Below are positions 63,050 through 64,000 of a DNA stretch of 64,000 bases, in pieces. Every line of letters starts with the position of its first letter. The first letter of the stretch is position 1. The DNA is from Centroscyllium fabricii (taxonomy: Eukaryota). Location of the stretch: positions 302,374,001 to 302,438,000 of the forward strand of contig JBNRSN020000004.1 of NCBI GenBank assembly GCA_051313645.2, read 5' to 3'. The notes under the pieces were generated by a model, which was not told the origin of the DNA, searched no databases, and saw nothing but the letters and a program-made list of their open reading frames with translations. The position numbers and the translations under genes were made by a program.

Positions 63050-63660
63050 GTCCCCCCAAAATGGCGTCCTTTTGCGTCTTTATCGCGTTTTCGCGCCTCA
63101 AAATGGCATCCTTTCGCGCCCTTATGCGTCTTCTCGCGTCTTCCCGAGTCAAGATGGCGTCTTTTCGTGCCCTTTTTCGCGTCTTTTTTGCGTCTTCCCG
63201 ACTCAAGGTGGTGTTTCTGTGCATCTTCCCGACTCAAGATGGCGTCTTTTCGTGCCTTTTTCCGCGTCTTCCTCGCGTCTGCCCGACTCAAAATGGCGTT
63301 TTCCCTTGCCCTTTTTTGCGACCACCCGTTTGTAGTAATCGCCTTACCTTTTTCCCTCCACCTCGTGTGAGGTGTGTTACCTGGCGGTCGGGTTTCCTCG
63401 GGTTCCTTTGGTGCGCGCTGTCTCGGCCGCTGGTCCTCCCGGTCCGATGTTGAAGTGCAGGCCGCTGCCAACGCTTCTCCCGATGCTAGGGAGCAGGCTG
63501 CTGCCAACGCTTCTCACGATGCTGCAGTGCCGGCTGCCGCCAACGCTTCTTCCGACGTTGGCCCGTCGGCTGCTGCCAACGCTTCTCCCTCTGCTGGACT
63601 GCAGGCTGCTGCCAACACTTCTCCTCACTGCTGCTCTGCAGGCTGCTGCTAACGGAGGTT
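63050..63660. repeat. Two degenerate tandem arrays in the Mag 5' leader
   Basis: TCAA(A/G)ATGGCGTC units at 63050-63310; 33-bp GCTGCCAAC(G/A)CTTCT units x5 at 63460-63630. Confidence 0.8.
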
Positions 63661-64000
63661 CCCGATGTCAGCTACTTGCCTTCCTGGTTACTGCCAACAC
63701 TGCTCCCGATGCTGGAGTGCTGGCCGTCCTGTCTGCTGCTTACTCCCCTCCGTGGTACTGGAGTGCGGGGTGGGTCCTTAGTTCGATGTCGCCGATGCTG
63801 ATTTCTGTTTCTGTCGCCGTTGGTTCGACCGACCTCGTCGCCAGTGTTAAGTCCGTGACTATTAATTCTGTTAAAGTAAGACTCGACTCGATGTGGTGGA
63901 TCAACGGTCTTTACTTCAGGTCAGCAGAAGGGTAACTGGGGTCAAGGGCTCCACCCAGTACCTTATATACAGTGGTGGTGGGACTTGGTATTACAGTAGG

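Larger units (their letters stand above)
58541..64000 (-). mobile_element. Mag-clade Gypsy retrotransposon; 5' LTR runs off the window end
   Basis: LTRs 58541-58714 and 63845-64000+; PBS TGGCGACGAGG (tRNA-Ser GCU type) at 63843-63833; PPT AAGATGGGAGGAA. Confidence 0.95.

Noticed and set aside
63372-63935. 187-aa antisense ORF with LLPTLL repeats
   Set aside because: By-product of the 33-bp array; non-ATG start and no recognisable domain

Overview
Repeat-dense eukaryotic DNA, most likely an elasmobranch (shark or ray): it has HE1/V-SINEs with CR1 tails, SacSINE1-like Deu-SINEs and many CR1/L2 LINEs. The only host-gene piece I can support is the first coding exon of an adenylyl-cyclase-associated protein (probably CAP2, 55750-55883, +). 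The rest is a layered transposon landscape: four decayed Gypsy LTR retrotransposons (two related Mag-like elements A and B, a CsRn1-clade element nested in B's 5' LTR, and a tRNA-Ser-primed Mag element on the minus strand); an apparently intact autonomous PIF/Harbinger transposon; a MADF-only Harbinger; a HARBI1/NAIF1-like element with ANT target duplications; and many MITEs, LINEs and SINEs. Most notable: elements A and B have no tRNA primer-binding site. Instead the sequence right after the 5' LTR is a perfect reverse complement of the LTR's own AATAAA region, with compensatory differences between the two elements, and both also keep hairpins at the U5 end and over the PPT. This suggests a self-priming and/or poly(A)-occlusion RNA switch. 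All alignments were made by eye; no database searches were run.
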